Source of the DNA: the human T2T-CHM13v2.0 reference genome, Homo sapiens
NCBI RefSeq assembly: GCF_009914755.1
Contig: NC_060929.1
Reading direction: 5' to 3' (one strand)
Length of the DNA stretch: 64,000 bases
Shown here one piece after another: positions 46,001 to 60,534 of the stretch. Below the pieces are notes generated by a model. The model was given only the letters and a program-made list of their open reading frames with translations, ran no database searches and was not told the origin of the DNA. How positions within the stretch are numbered: the stretch's first letter is position 1; the number at the start of each line of letters is the position of its first letter. Made by a program: the position numbers and the translations under genes.

Positions 46001-46327
46001 GGCCAGGCGTGGTGGCTCACGCCTGTAATCCTAGCACTTTGGGAGGCCAAGGCAGGTGGATTACTTGAGATCAGGAGTTCGAGACCAGCCTGGCCAACAT
46101 GGTGAAACCCTGTCTCTACTAAAAATAAAAAATAATAAAACAATAATAATAATAAATTAGCTGGATGTGGTGGCAGGTGCCCGTAATTCCAGCTATTTCA
46201 GGAGGTTGAGGTAGGAGGGTCACTTGAACCCGGGAGGCAGAGGTTGCAGTGAGGCAAGATCATGCCACTGCACTCCAGCCTGGGTGACAGAGTGAGACTC
46301 TGTCTTTAAAAAAAAAGAAGAAAAAAA
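46001..46327 (+). mobile_element. AluS with expanded middle A-rich linker
   Basis: Two arms; (AAT)n-expanded linker at ~46121-46156; TSD AAAAARTGGAATTTC on both sides. Confidence 0.9.
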
Positions 46328-49300
46328 TGGAATTTCTCAGAGGTGCCTCAGATATCACATTGAAAGCACACTCGGGTAACCAAATCAGTGGGATTTTAGC
46401 CCCCCACATGGAATCAGAATGGCTCCATTTTTGTCTGTTTTATATATTGGACTTGTGAACACAATTTATTTTGGGAAAAAAAAGTGACTGAAGCTAAGAA
46501 AAGAGAAAGGGTGGACAGGAGATGGGGGTGAGGAAGGTAGGAAACCTGCCAATCTAGACCAAGTCCACATTTACTGACCTCCTGTTCTTCTGACTACATT
46601 CTGGATGTGCATGCCACAATTCCCCACCAATTTGCCTGATAAATAAGCACTGACTCTATTTCCTTTTACAGTTGCTTAATGTCTATGAACTCTTTTTCCA
46701 GTAGGCACTCTCTTAGATTACCAAATTTCAAAAGCCTACAGGGAGTCATGGCTCAGAATTTGGCCTCCATGGACAGATCTGGAGGCATAAGTGCATAATA
46801 TCAAGGTCTCATAGACATGTGCTGGAGGCATCTTTACCACCTATCTACGTTTTGCATTTCATTGTCAAGGAGGACCAATATTCCTAAGCGGCAATGGAGT
46901 AAATTCTTTCTAACAAGCTTCCCTCAGGACTTATTTGGCCTGCTGTATAACTTAGAAAGTCTCATCGTTCATTATAATCTTGTTTTTCTTTAAATAAGAA
47001 GACAGTGGGGGGTGGGGGGCGCGTGGGAGAGGAGGTGTGAGACTGGCTGCTTGGCCAATACTGGCAAACACATGGTGAAGAGTAGAGAGAACCAAGCAGG
47101 GGAAGGGCTTGCTTAAAAATAAATCAGGCCCGTGGATAAACAGTGGGAAGAAACAATTCCTAACTAGTCAGCATAATGTAGGGCCATCACAACATGCAGG
47201 TGTCAGAGAAGACCCATGAACTTGTTTTTTCTCCTTTATTTCCTTCATCAGTGAGCATCTCATCTTTTCACAGAACCTTTATGCTGTGATCTCAGGGTGT
47301 GTTTTCTTTCTCCCCACTATTCCTCCAGGGGTTTCAATCTTGTGGTCCATAAACTGAATCTTCTGTCAGACAGGTTTTTGTTTAATCTGTACAGAATTTG
47401 GCAATGGTTATCCAAAACTGAGTGGTAGCTTCCCTCTTGAACAGGTCCGCGCATTCACGGTTCACCCCAGCCCCAACCTGACCTTCTTTGTTCCTGTGTT
47501 ACTCAGCTGGCCCCAGAGGGTGTTTGAGTTTGTGACCTCTGGCTGCAAGAGGATTTTCAAACTATGCTTTCCGGACTTCTGAGGGTTCCACTAGGGTATC
47601 ATAGGAGTTGACATTGAGGTGAAGAGGAGACTGAACAACATATCCAGCCTCCCTCCTCCCTGATTTTCATAAAACAACTCTACTCTATGCCTCTTTTTCA
47701 TTAATAAAATGGAAATAATAGTTTCTACCTCAAATCTTGTTGGAAAGTTTAGAAGTATGTATAGATCCTATAACACAGTACCCAGCCTTCACACAGGAAG
47801 CGCTATAACTGGATGCTTTTTTTATTATGTTAATTGATTTTTTTTAACTTGGATTTTGTCTAAACTTCACTGGAAGAAACGATGCCACTGTTCACACTGA
47901 TTTGAAAGCCTAATACCTTCTTCTAGAGAAGTCCATTAACAAAGCAGAAATAGCCAGTGGTTTATGCCAGAGACCAGCCACATCTGGATTCCTAAGACTC
48001 CTCCTCATAGGAACTGGGAGGAAGGGTTGGTGACTTTGGCTGAAAGGTCTGACAGACACAAGAGTGAACTGCCAAAGGAAGTTAGAACTTTGATCCACTT
48101 GAGATGGACTTTTTTTAATCAAGCCAACCTTGGTTAACCCCAGAGTTTAGGAGCCTGTAAAATCTCCCTTGAGAGAGTGAGAATGTATTAAAATGTTTCT
48201 TGGAAATATATGTAGAAGAGAAGAGACATATACTTCATCTTACCTTGAACCAGACAAAAACACAAGGATGCTAAGACAATGATCAAAGTTAGAGACTAAG
48301 AAGACAATGAAAAACATCAGTAGAAACTTTTGTTGTCATTGTTGTTTATATATTTCCTGATGAAGTCAGTAAGTTTCATGACCTTCTGATATGCACAGCA
48401 CTATGTTAGACACTCTGGGTGCTGCAGTAGAAGGGGCTTTTAAAGCTGACATTCATCAAACATCCTTCCAAATGAGCTTCAATTAACTGATCTTGCTGCT
48501 TATTTAAAGAAAATGTCATAAACCCTTCCTAATTTAGTATTTGGGGAAATCAATTTCATCTGAATTGCATATATCTGCACTTATCCACAAGTAGCTTTAA
48601 CTCTTTCTAATCTCTTCAAAGTTGATGTTAATGTCTAGTAACCAAAACCAACAAAATGTGGCTAAGTGTAATTGTCTGCAAATAACATCAAAACCTGACC
48701 ATAGTAATATGGTAAAGACAAAGATAACCCAGTAAAGAGGGTTATCTTTCTCACATATAAGAAAAGTGGTAGCAGGTAGTGGCTTGTGGTGAAATCCAGA
48801 TTGGCCATTCTGTAAATTATCTTGGCCTTTTCTTCTTGTTCATAAGATGGCGGTTCCCAAATATTGTGTCCATGTTCAAACAGCATGAAGGAAAAAAAGT
48901 GTTGCCTTCTATTTCTGTCTTTTTGGATCAGAAGAACAAAAGCTTAACAAAATACTCTCCACCCCACACAGATGTCTGCTTCTTTCTCTTTGGTCAGGAC
49001 AGTGGCCATGATTATTTCTAGTGGCAAGAGAGGCTGAGAAGGCAAGAATTTAGGTTTTCCAACCTCTAGAGTAGGCAGGGTAGGAATCGATATTGGGGGA
49101 ATCAACTGGCAGTATTGGCCACTGTGCCTAAAATCAATGTTTTCTGCACTGGCACCAGGAATAGATAGAAATAATCCAGAATTAGCACAGTCAATGGTGT
49201 ATGCCAGCGAATGCTACTGAAATGCTTTAAAGACTCCTCCACCCACCCTTTGAAATGTATATTCAATAAATTGGTTTTGTATAACCCATTTTAACAGTGA

Positions 49301-49429
49301 AAGTTAAAAATCACTTCAGCTATGATCACAGATTACAATTTATTTTTTTAATTAGGTTGATGGTGAGATTAAAAAGGGACCCATGAATTTACTTTTAAGC
49401 CTGCTTCTTGTTCAAAAAAAAAAAAACAA

Positions 49430-49710
49430 CTTTTTTTTTTAACTCAGTCACCCCAGCTGGAGTGTAGTGGTGCAATCTCAGCTCACTGCAGCCTTGACCT
49501 TCTGGGCTCAAGCCATCCTCCTACCTCAGCCTCCTGAGTAGCTGGGACTACAGGCACAAGCCTCCACGCCCAGCTAATTTTTGTATTTTTTGTATAGTTG
49601 AGGTTTCCCTATGCTGCCCAAGCTGGTCTTGAACCCCTGAACCCAAGTGATCTGCCTACCTTGGCCTCCTGAAGTGCTGGGATTGCAGACATGAGCCACT
49701 GTGCCCAGCC
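49430..49710 (-). mobile_element. AluJ-like element
   Basis: Antisense Alu with J-type gcagccttgacc..ctgggctcaagccatcctcc. Confidence 0.85.
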
Positions 49711-49844
49711 CAAAGACCTATTTTTAATAGATATTTTAGATTTTGAGGAGTATGTTAAAGAAGGAATAAAAATCATCACAGACAAAACTTATCTTTAGTA
49801 CCTTCAACTTTCATTTCTGGTCCATTTCCCCATGTGTGTGGTCA

Positions 49845-50690
49845 AGATCATTCATTTATTCAACAGATATTGCTAACTGCCTACGACATGCAGGGTATGG
49901 TTCTAAGTGCTGAGGATATGAAGATATATTGGTGATGGAGTGTGGAGGGCAGGAGCCTTTGCTTCAAGGAGCTGGCAGTATAGAGATATGAGAGACATTA
50001 AACAAATTATCGTGAATGTGTAAGTTGGGATGTGCTATGAATAAAATGAACCTGCTGTTGCAATAGATAATACAAGAAGTGGAATTAAACAAGCCTTACT
50101 TAGAGTGTTCTGAGAAGGTTTCTCTGAGGAGCTGATGGGTAAGAATGAGCTAGACTTGTATAAAGCTAAGAGACATAAATAGCCATATGCAAAGGTTCTC
50201 AGGTGAAAAGGAGTTTACTGCTCTCAAGGACTGGAGGAGTGACAAGTATGTCTGGCTTACAGTGAATCAAGAGAACGGAGGTTTGAGATAAGATTGGAGG
50301 AAGAAGCAGAGGCCTGCGCAGGGCCCTGTGGTCACATTTTAAATTTGATGTTTTATTTTAAATGCAATGGAAGACCATTGGAGGGTTTTAAGCAAGGGAA
50401 GGATTGATTTGCATGCTAAAATACCACTCTGGGGAGCTATGAGGAAAATGAATTGGGGCAGAGAAGAGTCCAGAGTGGAAGCAGAGGGACCAAACAAGAG
50501 TCTCTCATAGCCATCCTGAGGAAATTACAGTGATGGAAATTAGAATGATGGTCATCGACATGGATTTATGGTTCACTCTGAGACTAGAATTGACAGGACT
50601 TGCTGATGGATTGGATCTATGAGGATGAGGAGGGGGAGGAATCAAGGGTGAGTCCAAGAGGGAGGAAGCATTTGGAAAACAGGGAACCAC
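49845..50690 (-). mobile_element. L2 LINE fragment
   Basis: cattcatttattcaacag...gagggttttaagcaagg...gaattgacaggacttgctgatggattggat. Confidence 0.75.
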
Positions 50691-51207
50691 AGTTCCAGGG
50701 ACTATTAGCTCTGGGCAGGATCAATAGGATGCTCTAGTCTACCCACCCCATGTTACACATGAGGAAACTGAGGCCAGAGAGGGAGGGAAAGACATTTTAT
50801 CTAAGATCACCCAGGCGATACCTATGGCTGATTGGTGCCCAGTCCAATGCTACCCTACTGTGTAGTCTCAGCCCAAGGCTCCATTGCCTTCAAATGAACT
50901 GAGAGTGAGCTTCTTCAGCTTATTACACCCATGGCCCCACTTTCCCAATGGCTTCTCCATGGCATCAATATTTTCCTGGGTTCAGGTGACCTTAGTAAGA
51001 GAATGAGAGGAGGTTAGAGGGTGCTAGGAGAATGGAGGAAAATGGGAAATTATGACTTTAGCTTTCAGAATTCTCTCTTTTATTCTTGATCATAGACTGA
51101 ATTGGAATGTGTAATAATTGTCTCCACCTAGTGGAGATAATTACTCTCAGGAGAAGAAGTCTAAGGCGGGGGGAGTGATGGTGCTTTGGAGGTCTCCTGG
51201 AGCCTGA

Positions 51208-51552
<345 letters not shown>

Positions 51553-54500
51553 TAACTGACTCACGGTAGGAAGATGGTGGCCAATGAGGACAGCCCAAGC
51601 CAATAACCAACGATAGCCTGACCTTTGCATTCACATACAAGTTTCATAGTAACCAGTATGCCTTTGGCACTGAGAGTCTATGAGAAACCTTCCTCTTTCC
51701 CCTCTTTCCCCCTCCTGCTCTCTGTCCTCCCATCCCAGCAAGAGCTGTGCAAACCCATTTCTCTTGCTCTTCTTGATGTCACTGTAGTATTGTGGGGAAG
51801 AGAAAGAGCCTGAGAGTAAATATTGAGGCAAGTTGATGAAGGCAGCCTGAAATTGTCAAACATTTCTCATTTTGAAAATGCAAACGTCATTTAGGCCACA
51901 GGTTCATTTCTACAAGGAACAGTGTCACAAGGATGTGTCAAAAATGATGAGCAGGAAATGTGCGATAGCTAATCTGGGTCTTGGGACTAGGCATGGGGGT
52001 TTCTGCTGGGACCCTCTGCGTCAGAATTACCTGGGATGTTTGTCCAAATGCAGGTTCTCAGACTTCATTTCAGCTCTCTAGAATTTGAAACTCTGCAGTT
52101 GGAGAGAAAGTTCTACATGTTTCACAAGCCTCCCCACCCACTTCTGCCCCAGGGCTGATGGGATTAAAGTTTGGAAGTCATTGAACTAGGGTGCTGCCCA
52201 GAGAAGTCAGCTTAAAAGTACAGAAAGCAAGGCCCATATGGCAGCTAGAAATGATGCTGAGTCAACATTGAGTTTGATATTGAGTCAAAAGCCGTAAACA
52301 TGGAGCCCAGGGTCCGCCAGCTCACTACCCTATAGTATGTTACATGCTGGGTGAGCGAGGCCCTTGGCACAGGGGTGTTGACTGTGGCCTTCAAAGCAGG
52401 GGCCTGGCTGTCCTGATGACCCTGCCTTCTGCAGGCCAAGCCAGCAAGAGGAACTTACCAAGGGTTTCACCAGCATATTTCACCTTGACAGTTTTTTCCT
52501 CTCCATTAGCAAGCAACACCAACACAAAGGGACTGGCCCAGGTGAGGTGATTCTGCAGTCATGGCAGGTGTGAAGTGTGCATGGACTGTGTGGGGGTGGC
52601 TCCCATCATGGGAGATAGGGTGTGGAACTCCAGATCAGTGGCTCCTACTTTTTCCATTTTAATCTTCTGCTACCTGATGGTGAGACCCAGAACCAGGTTC
52701 TGCTACTGAGCAGTTTTACAGACCTTTGAGAAGAAGAGTAGAAGTTTCACAAGCTCCAAAGGCAGCATGGAAATGTTAAAATGAGTGCAGTGACAGGAGA
52801 ATAAAAGCCTTCACTGGATATGCAAATGAAACCATCATTTTCTGTGTCTCAGCCTGCAGTTCTGGCCATCAGCAAGGGGGAAGCATAATTGCTGTCTCTA
52901 GATTGTTCTGGAAGTTTATACTTTGAACATTTTAATTGACGGAGAGATTTGTTTTCTCCAAAATTACAATAGGAAAATTTTCAGAAAGTTTTTCACAGAG
53001 CTGAAAGGGATATTGAGGACCAATTATTCATTTATTTATTCATTAAGTGTTTCTTTAGCAACTGTTATTTAACAAACATTGTTCAAGGTACTGTGAGAGA
53101 CATCACAGAACATAGCAGACAAAAGCTCCTACTCTCCTGGAGCTTGCATTCCAGAGAGAAGAGGCAGGCAATAAATAAAATAAAAATGTGATTAACATGG
53201 CCATCCCAATTCGATAGGCGAGGATTCTGGGTGACAGGGAGAGGAAGGGACATAGCCAAAATCACACAGATAATTAGTGTAGGTTCAATAGCATAGGAGT
53301 GGAAGTCAGCCGGGGGCTGTGGTGAACGGCACATGCATGTGTCAGCTAGAGAGGATAGCTCCCCCTCGGCTCTGGATAGTCATTGCCATGGGAACTCCAT
53401 GCAGACCAAACAAAAGCATGCCTAGATTCAGCTTGTACGCCACCAGTTTGAGAGCCCTAAAAGAATGGTGAGGAATAAAACAGCCACCGTATGTACTTAC
53501 TGCATTTAGACACACTTGGAATATCGTATTTACATATACATTTTTAAGGGAATTTTTCTCCTTTTCCCCTCCATTTTTGATTCCAAGCATGAAATCTGAT
53601 TGCTGTATTTTTCTTTCCTTTCATATACTTTGGAAAATCCAGACCATAAATGGTGGCTGCACTAAAAGAAAGATGGTCCCTAAATTCCTGTATCCAGAGA
53701 AACCTATTTATGGCTAGCTACATCTTCGTAGGTTCTGCATTTTCCCAGAGACGACCTCTTGTTTTTCTTTTAAACCCTCACTGGATATATGGCATCTGTG
53801 ACCAAGAAACCCAGTTGTTCACCTGCAAAGAAGTATTGAGCTCTAGACAGAAAAAAATGAAAGCATAACTAATTGAATTGACGAGGAAAGTATGCTGAAA
53901 CCCCTATGGGGAGCCTGATGGTTTTGAATATGAGTTAGGTACCACCATCCAACCGTGGTGAATGAATCATTTTTGCTACACCACTTACATATGCTTTTAC
54001 CTCTAGCTATGTCCAACGGAGATAATAGGTGAATTAAGTCCAAGACACCCAGCAGAAAATAAATGGTGTCAAGAACACTAATAGAAACCACAAACCTAGC
54101 TGATGACAGTCACTGTTTGCATCTAGTGGCTGAAGGAGAAACGGCCTCAAAATAAGGAGGCATATTGCCTGCTAAAGCAGAGTGGAGTCCCACCCAAAGG
54201 CAGAAGTAGGACCAGCTGTTGTCACAAGGGATGGAGGAGGTGGTAAAGGAATTTAAAAAGAAGCTCAATCTCAGCTACTACTAACCCACTGGATGAGTCA
54301 CTTTCTCTCTGTGTGTCTCACTTTTTCCTCTGCAAAATGGAAGTAAGATGGTCTCTAGTATGTCCCTAGCTCCCCACCTAAGGCTCATCTCCTTATGATT
54401 CCCAGCTTAGCCAAGGCTCCAACCAAGCCAAGTTGTGCTTCATTCTGTCTCCCAGCTCCATGCTCCCATTATGCCTTTATTGTTCCCTCTGCTTGGAGTG

Positions 54501-57500
54501 ACTTTTCCCACCTTTCCTGCTCAACTCCTTCCCCATTTGCAAATGTTGCCTTCTCACTCTCCCCCAACCAACTCCAATTACTCCTCTGAATCTGTGATTT
54601 ATAGTCATAGTTATAAGCTTGAACTCTGCAGCAGGGCCGGCTGGGATTGAATTCTGACTCTACTACCTACTAGCTGTGTGAGCTTTAGAAAATAACTTTC
54701 CTACATCCAGTTTCCACTTCTGGAAAACAGGAAAAATAATAAGACCTACCTCAAATGAGATATTTTGAGGATTAAATGATGAGATTCATGGAAAACATTT
54801 GCCTTGCACGGGGGTGACACACTGTAAATGCTGTTGTTATTGCTGCTGTTGCCATTGTTGCTGTCACCTACACCTCTCTGAGGGCATCTTAAATCTTCAA
54901 CCCTGCACTATAGTTACCATGTCTGTTTCTTGTTGAGACTGGTAGACTCATTTCTACAACTTATTCAAAACCTGACATGAGGGGTTGTATGTTCTAAATA
55001 CTCAACATATGTTTGTTGAATGTCCATCTTCACAATAGCTAAGGACTCTGTCCTGTTTTTCATTTAATCAAGAGAAAATCGGCTAATAGGGAGAATTTCC
55101 AGCTGTCACTAACTACCTGTGTAACACAGGGCAACTCAGTCCTGGTCCCTGAATGGATTTGGAGAAGAAGTGGGAAGAATTGGAGATAAAGAAATAAAAG
55201 GAACCAGAAAATAAAGTTACCTTGTCATCCTAATGTTGCCAGCTACCCCACTATTCAGGAAAGCTCTGATCTCTTTGCTGGAAAAATAGTAGCAAAAATT
55301 TCTTTCTTTCATGTGTTGTACCTACTATGTGTCAGGCACTCTGACAAGTGTTAGATCATGTTACTGCTAATCTTCTTGAAAACTCTGCCTGGTATATCAA
55401 CACCATTTTGTGATGAGAAAACTGGGGCTCAGAGAAATTAATTCACTTGCATGTGGGTACCCAGCAGGGCTGAGATTATAACCTGTGTCAGTCTGATTCT
55501 AATACCCATGATTTATCCTTGACACACAGCTGTCTTCCAAGACCAGCAATCTTCTGAAGGTCCCTTAGGGCTCCCCAGGGATTGTTATAATTTTTTAAAA
55601 AGTGGGAGACATCCTTTTTCCTTTATAGGATTCCCTAACTCTGGTTTTTTTAATGGGCCTTGCTTTGAATTTTTATTCAATTTTTATTATTCCTAAGAGT
55701 ATCTTTGTCTTTAAGAGCCATCTCCTGAGGGAGCAGAGGCGAGCACCCAGGAGAACATTTTGCCCCCACCAAGATCAGGTGCAGCCTGCTCAGCTGGAGT
55801 GAGGGAGATGGTGAGACAGAAATATGAGCAAAAATGTAACTGGTGCCACTTTGGAAAGTCAGCTTCAGCTGGGAAGGGACTGTGGGACATTCCATAGTCA
55901 CAGCCAAAGCTGGAGAGGGCATGTTGTTAACTGTAGCACTTTAAGTAGGAAGGATAAATGGGGAGAAAATGAGGAAATAGAGTCAGAAGTGACCTTAAAA
56001 TTGTGACTGTGAGAGAGATCTGGAATCTATTTATCCTATGGGTAAATTCCATTTGTCCTATAGAAATGATCGTGCAAATGTGATAAGATGTGTGCGTAAG
56101 GACATTCGTTTCACTGTTTTAAAAAGCAGGAGATGGCTTAGTGTCCATCAGTAGAAAGCTGGTGAAAGAAATGCCAGCCCATCATGCCAAAGGAACAGGA
56201 AGCGGCTGTTGAGGAGGATGAACAATAATGGTTGTGCTACGACCTAGAGATCTTCAGGGTCACAGAACTGGGAAGTCGTGGGTTATGGTCTTGCTGATCC
56301 AAATTACAGGCTCTTTTCACTGCCACATGCTGCCTCCCTGGAACACAGGAACTAGGGAAATGTATAACCAAGGGTTGCACAAAACCCTTTGTTACACGTA
56401 CTTCATAGAATCAGTGCTAGAGTTCTTCTACGAAAGGAAAAATTCGTGTGGGCTAAGGTGAACAGAGACTTCTGGGAAGCAATGAATGGTGCCTTGAAAG
56501 ATGAAATAAGATTTTTCCACAGAAGCAAAGAGAAATGAGGAGGGAATCCCTGCTGGAGGATGATCGTGAGCAAGCGCACTAAGGTGGATAGGGAGACACG
56601 TAAGGGAGGGAGCCAATACCAATGAATACCTAGAAAGAATCTTGATTGACAGGTACCATAGCTCAGCAAGGTGGGTTGAGCCATGCTACCTGTCAATCAA
56701 GATCCTTCCTAGGTATTCATTGGCCAAGGGCTCAGAGTTCACCAAGTTTAATGATAAACCCAATACCATGACTTTTGGGGCCCTGTACCCTGCTATGAGG
56801 CTATTAAAGTGTCACCTTAGAAACACACAGAGTGTAAAATAGGTAATGTTGGACCACTTCTTCAGCTGCCATCAGGAAGAGCTCTAGGAAGTAGCTCTCA
56901 ACTTCCTGTGGAGCACCTTTGTTGATTGGTGTTAAGACTTAGTCCACCATGCATGGAACTTTGCCAGCCACATTCTAACTTCTGGGATTCAAAGGGTCCT
57001 GGCTGGGCACTTGGGGGAACCCACTGGCCACCGCTGCTGCCAGGTTATTATTTATCTTTATCTCCTGAGCAGCAGGTAGAAGAGGCTGTTAGAAAAATGT
57101 CTTCCTGGCTGGGGACCCCCCTGAGATTCATTTTCTCTTTCACGTCTCATTTTGGGAATGGAAAAAAAATCAATAGAGAGGGAGTTTGCTTTATTTTGGT
57201 TCTGGCTATTGCAGACATGTATTTCTACAGATACAAGAAAGGAGTCATCACTCCGATGTTTTAAATTGAGCACCACCTGGGACCTAAACCTTGCATTAGG
57301 CACAAGGCTAACTAAGCATTATGGCAGATTTAAAGAAGCAAGAAGTGAGTTCAGACCTCTAAGTTTGCGACACAGTAGAAGAACCAAGGTATTCAAGGAG
57401 AAAAATAGATAATAAAGCAGAACATGCTTTTGAATAATTCCCAAAAGTGGGGTTAATAGTCAATAGGTAAAGAAGAGAGAAAGATCACTGAGGACTAAAA

Positions 57501-58459
57501 TGATCTGGGCTGGCTTATGGAAAAGGAGAAACTTGGGCTGGTCCCAAGGGATTAAGCAAGACTTATAGGAGGAATTACAGGTAAGACAAAGGGGTCGGCG
57601 GGGCGAGTCAAGCAAAGAAGGGGAGATGACTGTGTTTTGAGGCCAAGGATCCCATTATTCAGACAAACCTGGGTTTGGATCCTAGCTCCAGCAGCTACTA
57701 AGCTTTCAGACTTGAACCAGTAAGTTAACCATTGAGTCTCAGTTTCCTCAAATTTGAAAAAAGGTCCATTCATACCAATATCACAGAATCATTATGAGAA
57801 TACATGAGCAAACAGAGACCTAGTACCTAGCACATACCAGAGCCTCAAAAATCTTGATTTTCTTTCCCTTCCATTATGTTAATCACCTCACTTCCTTCCC
57901 ACCCTATCCCTGGTCCCCCACCAATCATTTATTCCCTGCTAAGAGCTTTCTGAGACTCACTGACAGGCATCTCCTTATCTGGCTGTGCTGCTGGCCCACC
58001 TCTGGCCAGAGGAAAGTCCAGAGGCTATTTCCAGCAGGAGGAGGAAGGCTGCCAGATGCAGTGTTATGACTGGAGGATATTGGCAGCATCACTCATCCCA
58101 TCCCAGTGTTATTTCTCAGCTCAGTTATTGGATAGGAACTGAATCCACACACCTGCCCACTTTGCTAGTGTTACTCATTTCTCTGGCAGTGACCCTTCCC
58201 TGCCAAACCAGACTGTCCACAAGTCCGTTCCTGCTCTCCTGAGCACCTGGTTTTGTTTCTTTGAGGTCAGCATTAGGTTCATTTTTCTTTACATCTCAAG
58301 AGTGATGGATATTGGCTTTGCAGGAATTGTAAATATGCAGGGCTTTCTCAACAGAGCAGCTAAGAGCGTGGGCTCTGGAGTTAGGCCTGGGCTTAGTTCT
58401 GCCTCTTACACTAATTTTCTTTGTGATTCTGGGCAACTAGGTTTTCGTGTCAGAGCCTC

Positions 58460-59000
58460 TACCACTATTGCTGTATAACAAACCACTCCAAACTCATGAC
58501 AAAAAATAACAGTTATTTTATTAAGATCATGGATTTCATGGGTCAGGAAATTTGGAAAGGGGCACCATGGATGACTTGTCTCTGCTTGTATCTGGAGCCT
58601 TCGATGGAAAATCTAGAAGACTGTGGATAACTTGACAGCTGGGGGAAGGAATTATCTGAGGGCTTACTCCCTCCTTTACGTGTCTGGCAGCCGAGGCTTT
58701 TGGCCTGAATACCTACACGTGCCCTCTCCTGGCTCCTCTGTGGGCTTCCTCACAGCACGATGGCTGGGTTCCAAGAACAAGTGTCCCAAAAAGAAGCAGG
58801 CAGAAGCTGTATCACCTTTCATAACCTACCCTCAAAAATGACATAGTGTGACTTCTGCCATTGTCACAACCCCAACCAGATTAAAAGAGAAGGAACATAG
58901 ATTCCACCTTTCAGTAAGAGAAGGGTCAGCATCGCATTGTAAGGTGTGGAATGGAGGGGGTAGGGGTATTGTGACCATCTTTGGAAAATACAATCTGCCA
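58460..59000. mobile_element. MLT1-type (MaLR) LTR interrupting a MIR
   Basis: ctattgctgtataacaaaccactc...gggcttcctcacagca..atggctgggttccaaga...gccatctttggaaaatacaatctgcca-like end; MIR halves on either side. Confidence 0.7.
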
Positions 59001-60534
59001 TACTTTATATATAAAATAAGGATTATATATTGTGGAATCATTATGAAGATCGAATGGAATAAGGTATTTAAAGGGCTTAGCATGGTGCTGACATGTAATA
59101 AGTGCTCAATAAAAGGCATGTGCTCTCTCTCTCCAAGTAGAGGACTATATGGCATTTATAGTCAGTGATTATTAGTATTCCATGTAGTCAGTGTTTATTA
59201 ATTTTTTGTGTCCACAATAGACACCAGTGATTACTTTTAAGCTAATTAATCAAAACATTAGTTCCTTAATGAGTCTATAGAATGGGGTCTTAAAATACAT
59301 ATAGTTTCTTATCTCATCATCTCATATTATACTTTGGGAAACTAAGGTTGAAGAAGTTCACATAGCCGGTAAAGTTAGCATCGAGCATTTTATAATCTAG
59401 GCTTGGATGAAGCATTTTTATTGAAAATAGCTCAAGTGACCCTTAACAAACAATAAGCAATTTTTTAAAGGACTAATGTTTAGACTTCAACACCTTTCAG
59501 GTTATGTAGGATCTTGAACATCATCATAAGCCTTGGAGGCAAATGAAAAGAGACAGGAGGAGCATTAGTTCTTGGTGCATTCTTATTTTGCCACAGGAAA
59601 CCCTTCAAGAGATCTGAACACTAAAATAAGCCCAGTCACTGCCTCTGTCTTTTTGAGACTATGTAAACTGCTCCTCCATCCCACGCCCAGAGTCTCCATG
59701 TTTAGGCAATGTTTGCTCAATGTAGTCAGTAGGACAGAACAGTTAAAGCTAGCAACATTGAGTTGCTGTGCCTTTGCATATCCACCTGAGAAGTAAGGCC
59801 AAGAGGAACAGAATGAATGGGTCATGGTGTGTATTTCTTTATCAAGGCTGTGTAGAGAGCCTGGCTAGACAAGGACAGGAGTCAGAAGATACAACTGTGG
59901 CCATGTGCCCATGGGTAAGTCACTTTTCTTCTCAGGCCTCAGGTTTCACACTTCGAATGATCTGACATTCTACAAAGGAAGGTGTTTCCTGAGCCCTCAT
60001 GGCCAGTTCTGTATTCTCCTTAGTACCATAAAGAATACATAGAAATAAGGAACACCAAGTCTTTCCTTTTATGATGTGTATAGTCTCATTAGGAAGATAA
60101 GACTAACACACATGAAACAGTGAACTTACAAAGTTCAGGTGTATCCTGGGCCCCAAGTGCCATCCACGGGTGACGCAGATAGGAGAGATGGACATTGGTA
60201 GAAGGTCAGTCCTCATCTCCATCTGACTCGGATGGGAAAAAGGGGAGACACATGATTAAACCAGAAGCAAATATATCAGCCTTCCCTAGTAAGCTAAGGC
60301 TTCTTACATTTTACCATATATGTTACAACAAAACTCAGACAGGGAAAAGGGAATTTTCTTACTTACACACAGCAGATTCATATTCATGGTGATGCTTGTT
60401 TTTATTTAACTTCAACCTCTTTTTTTACTTAATGGACTCTTTCCTCTTAAATTTAAGATAACACATTGAGCAAACAAAGGTATAGATAGGAGTGAAGTTC
60501 CCCCACATCTTCCCCCTTTGACACACAATTTATT

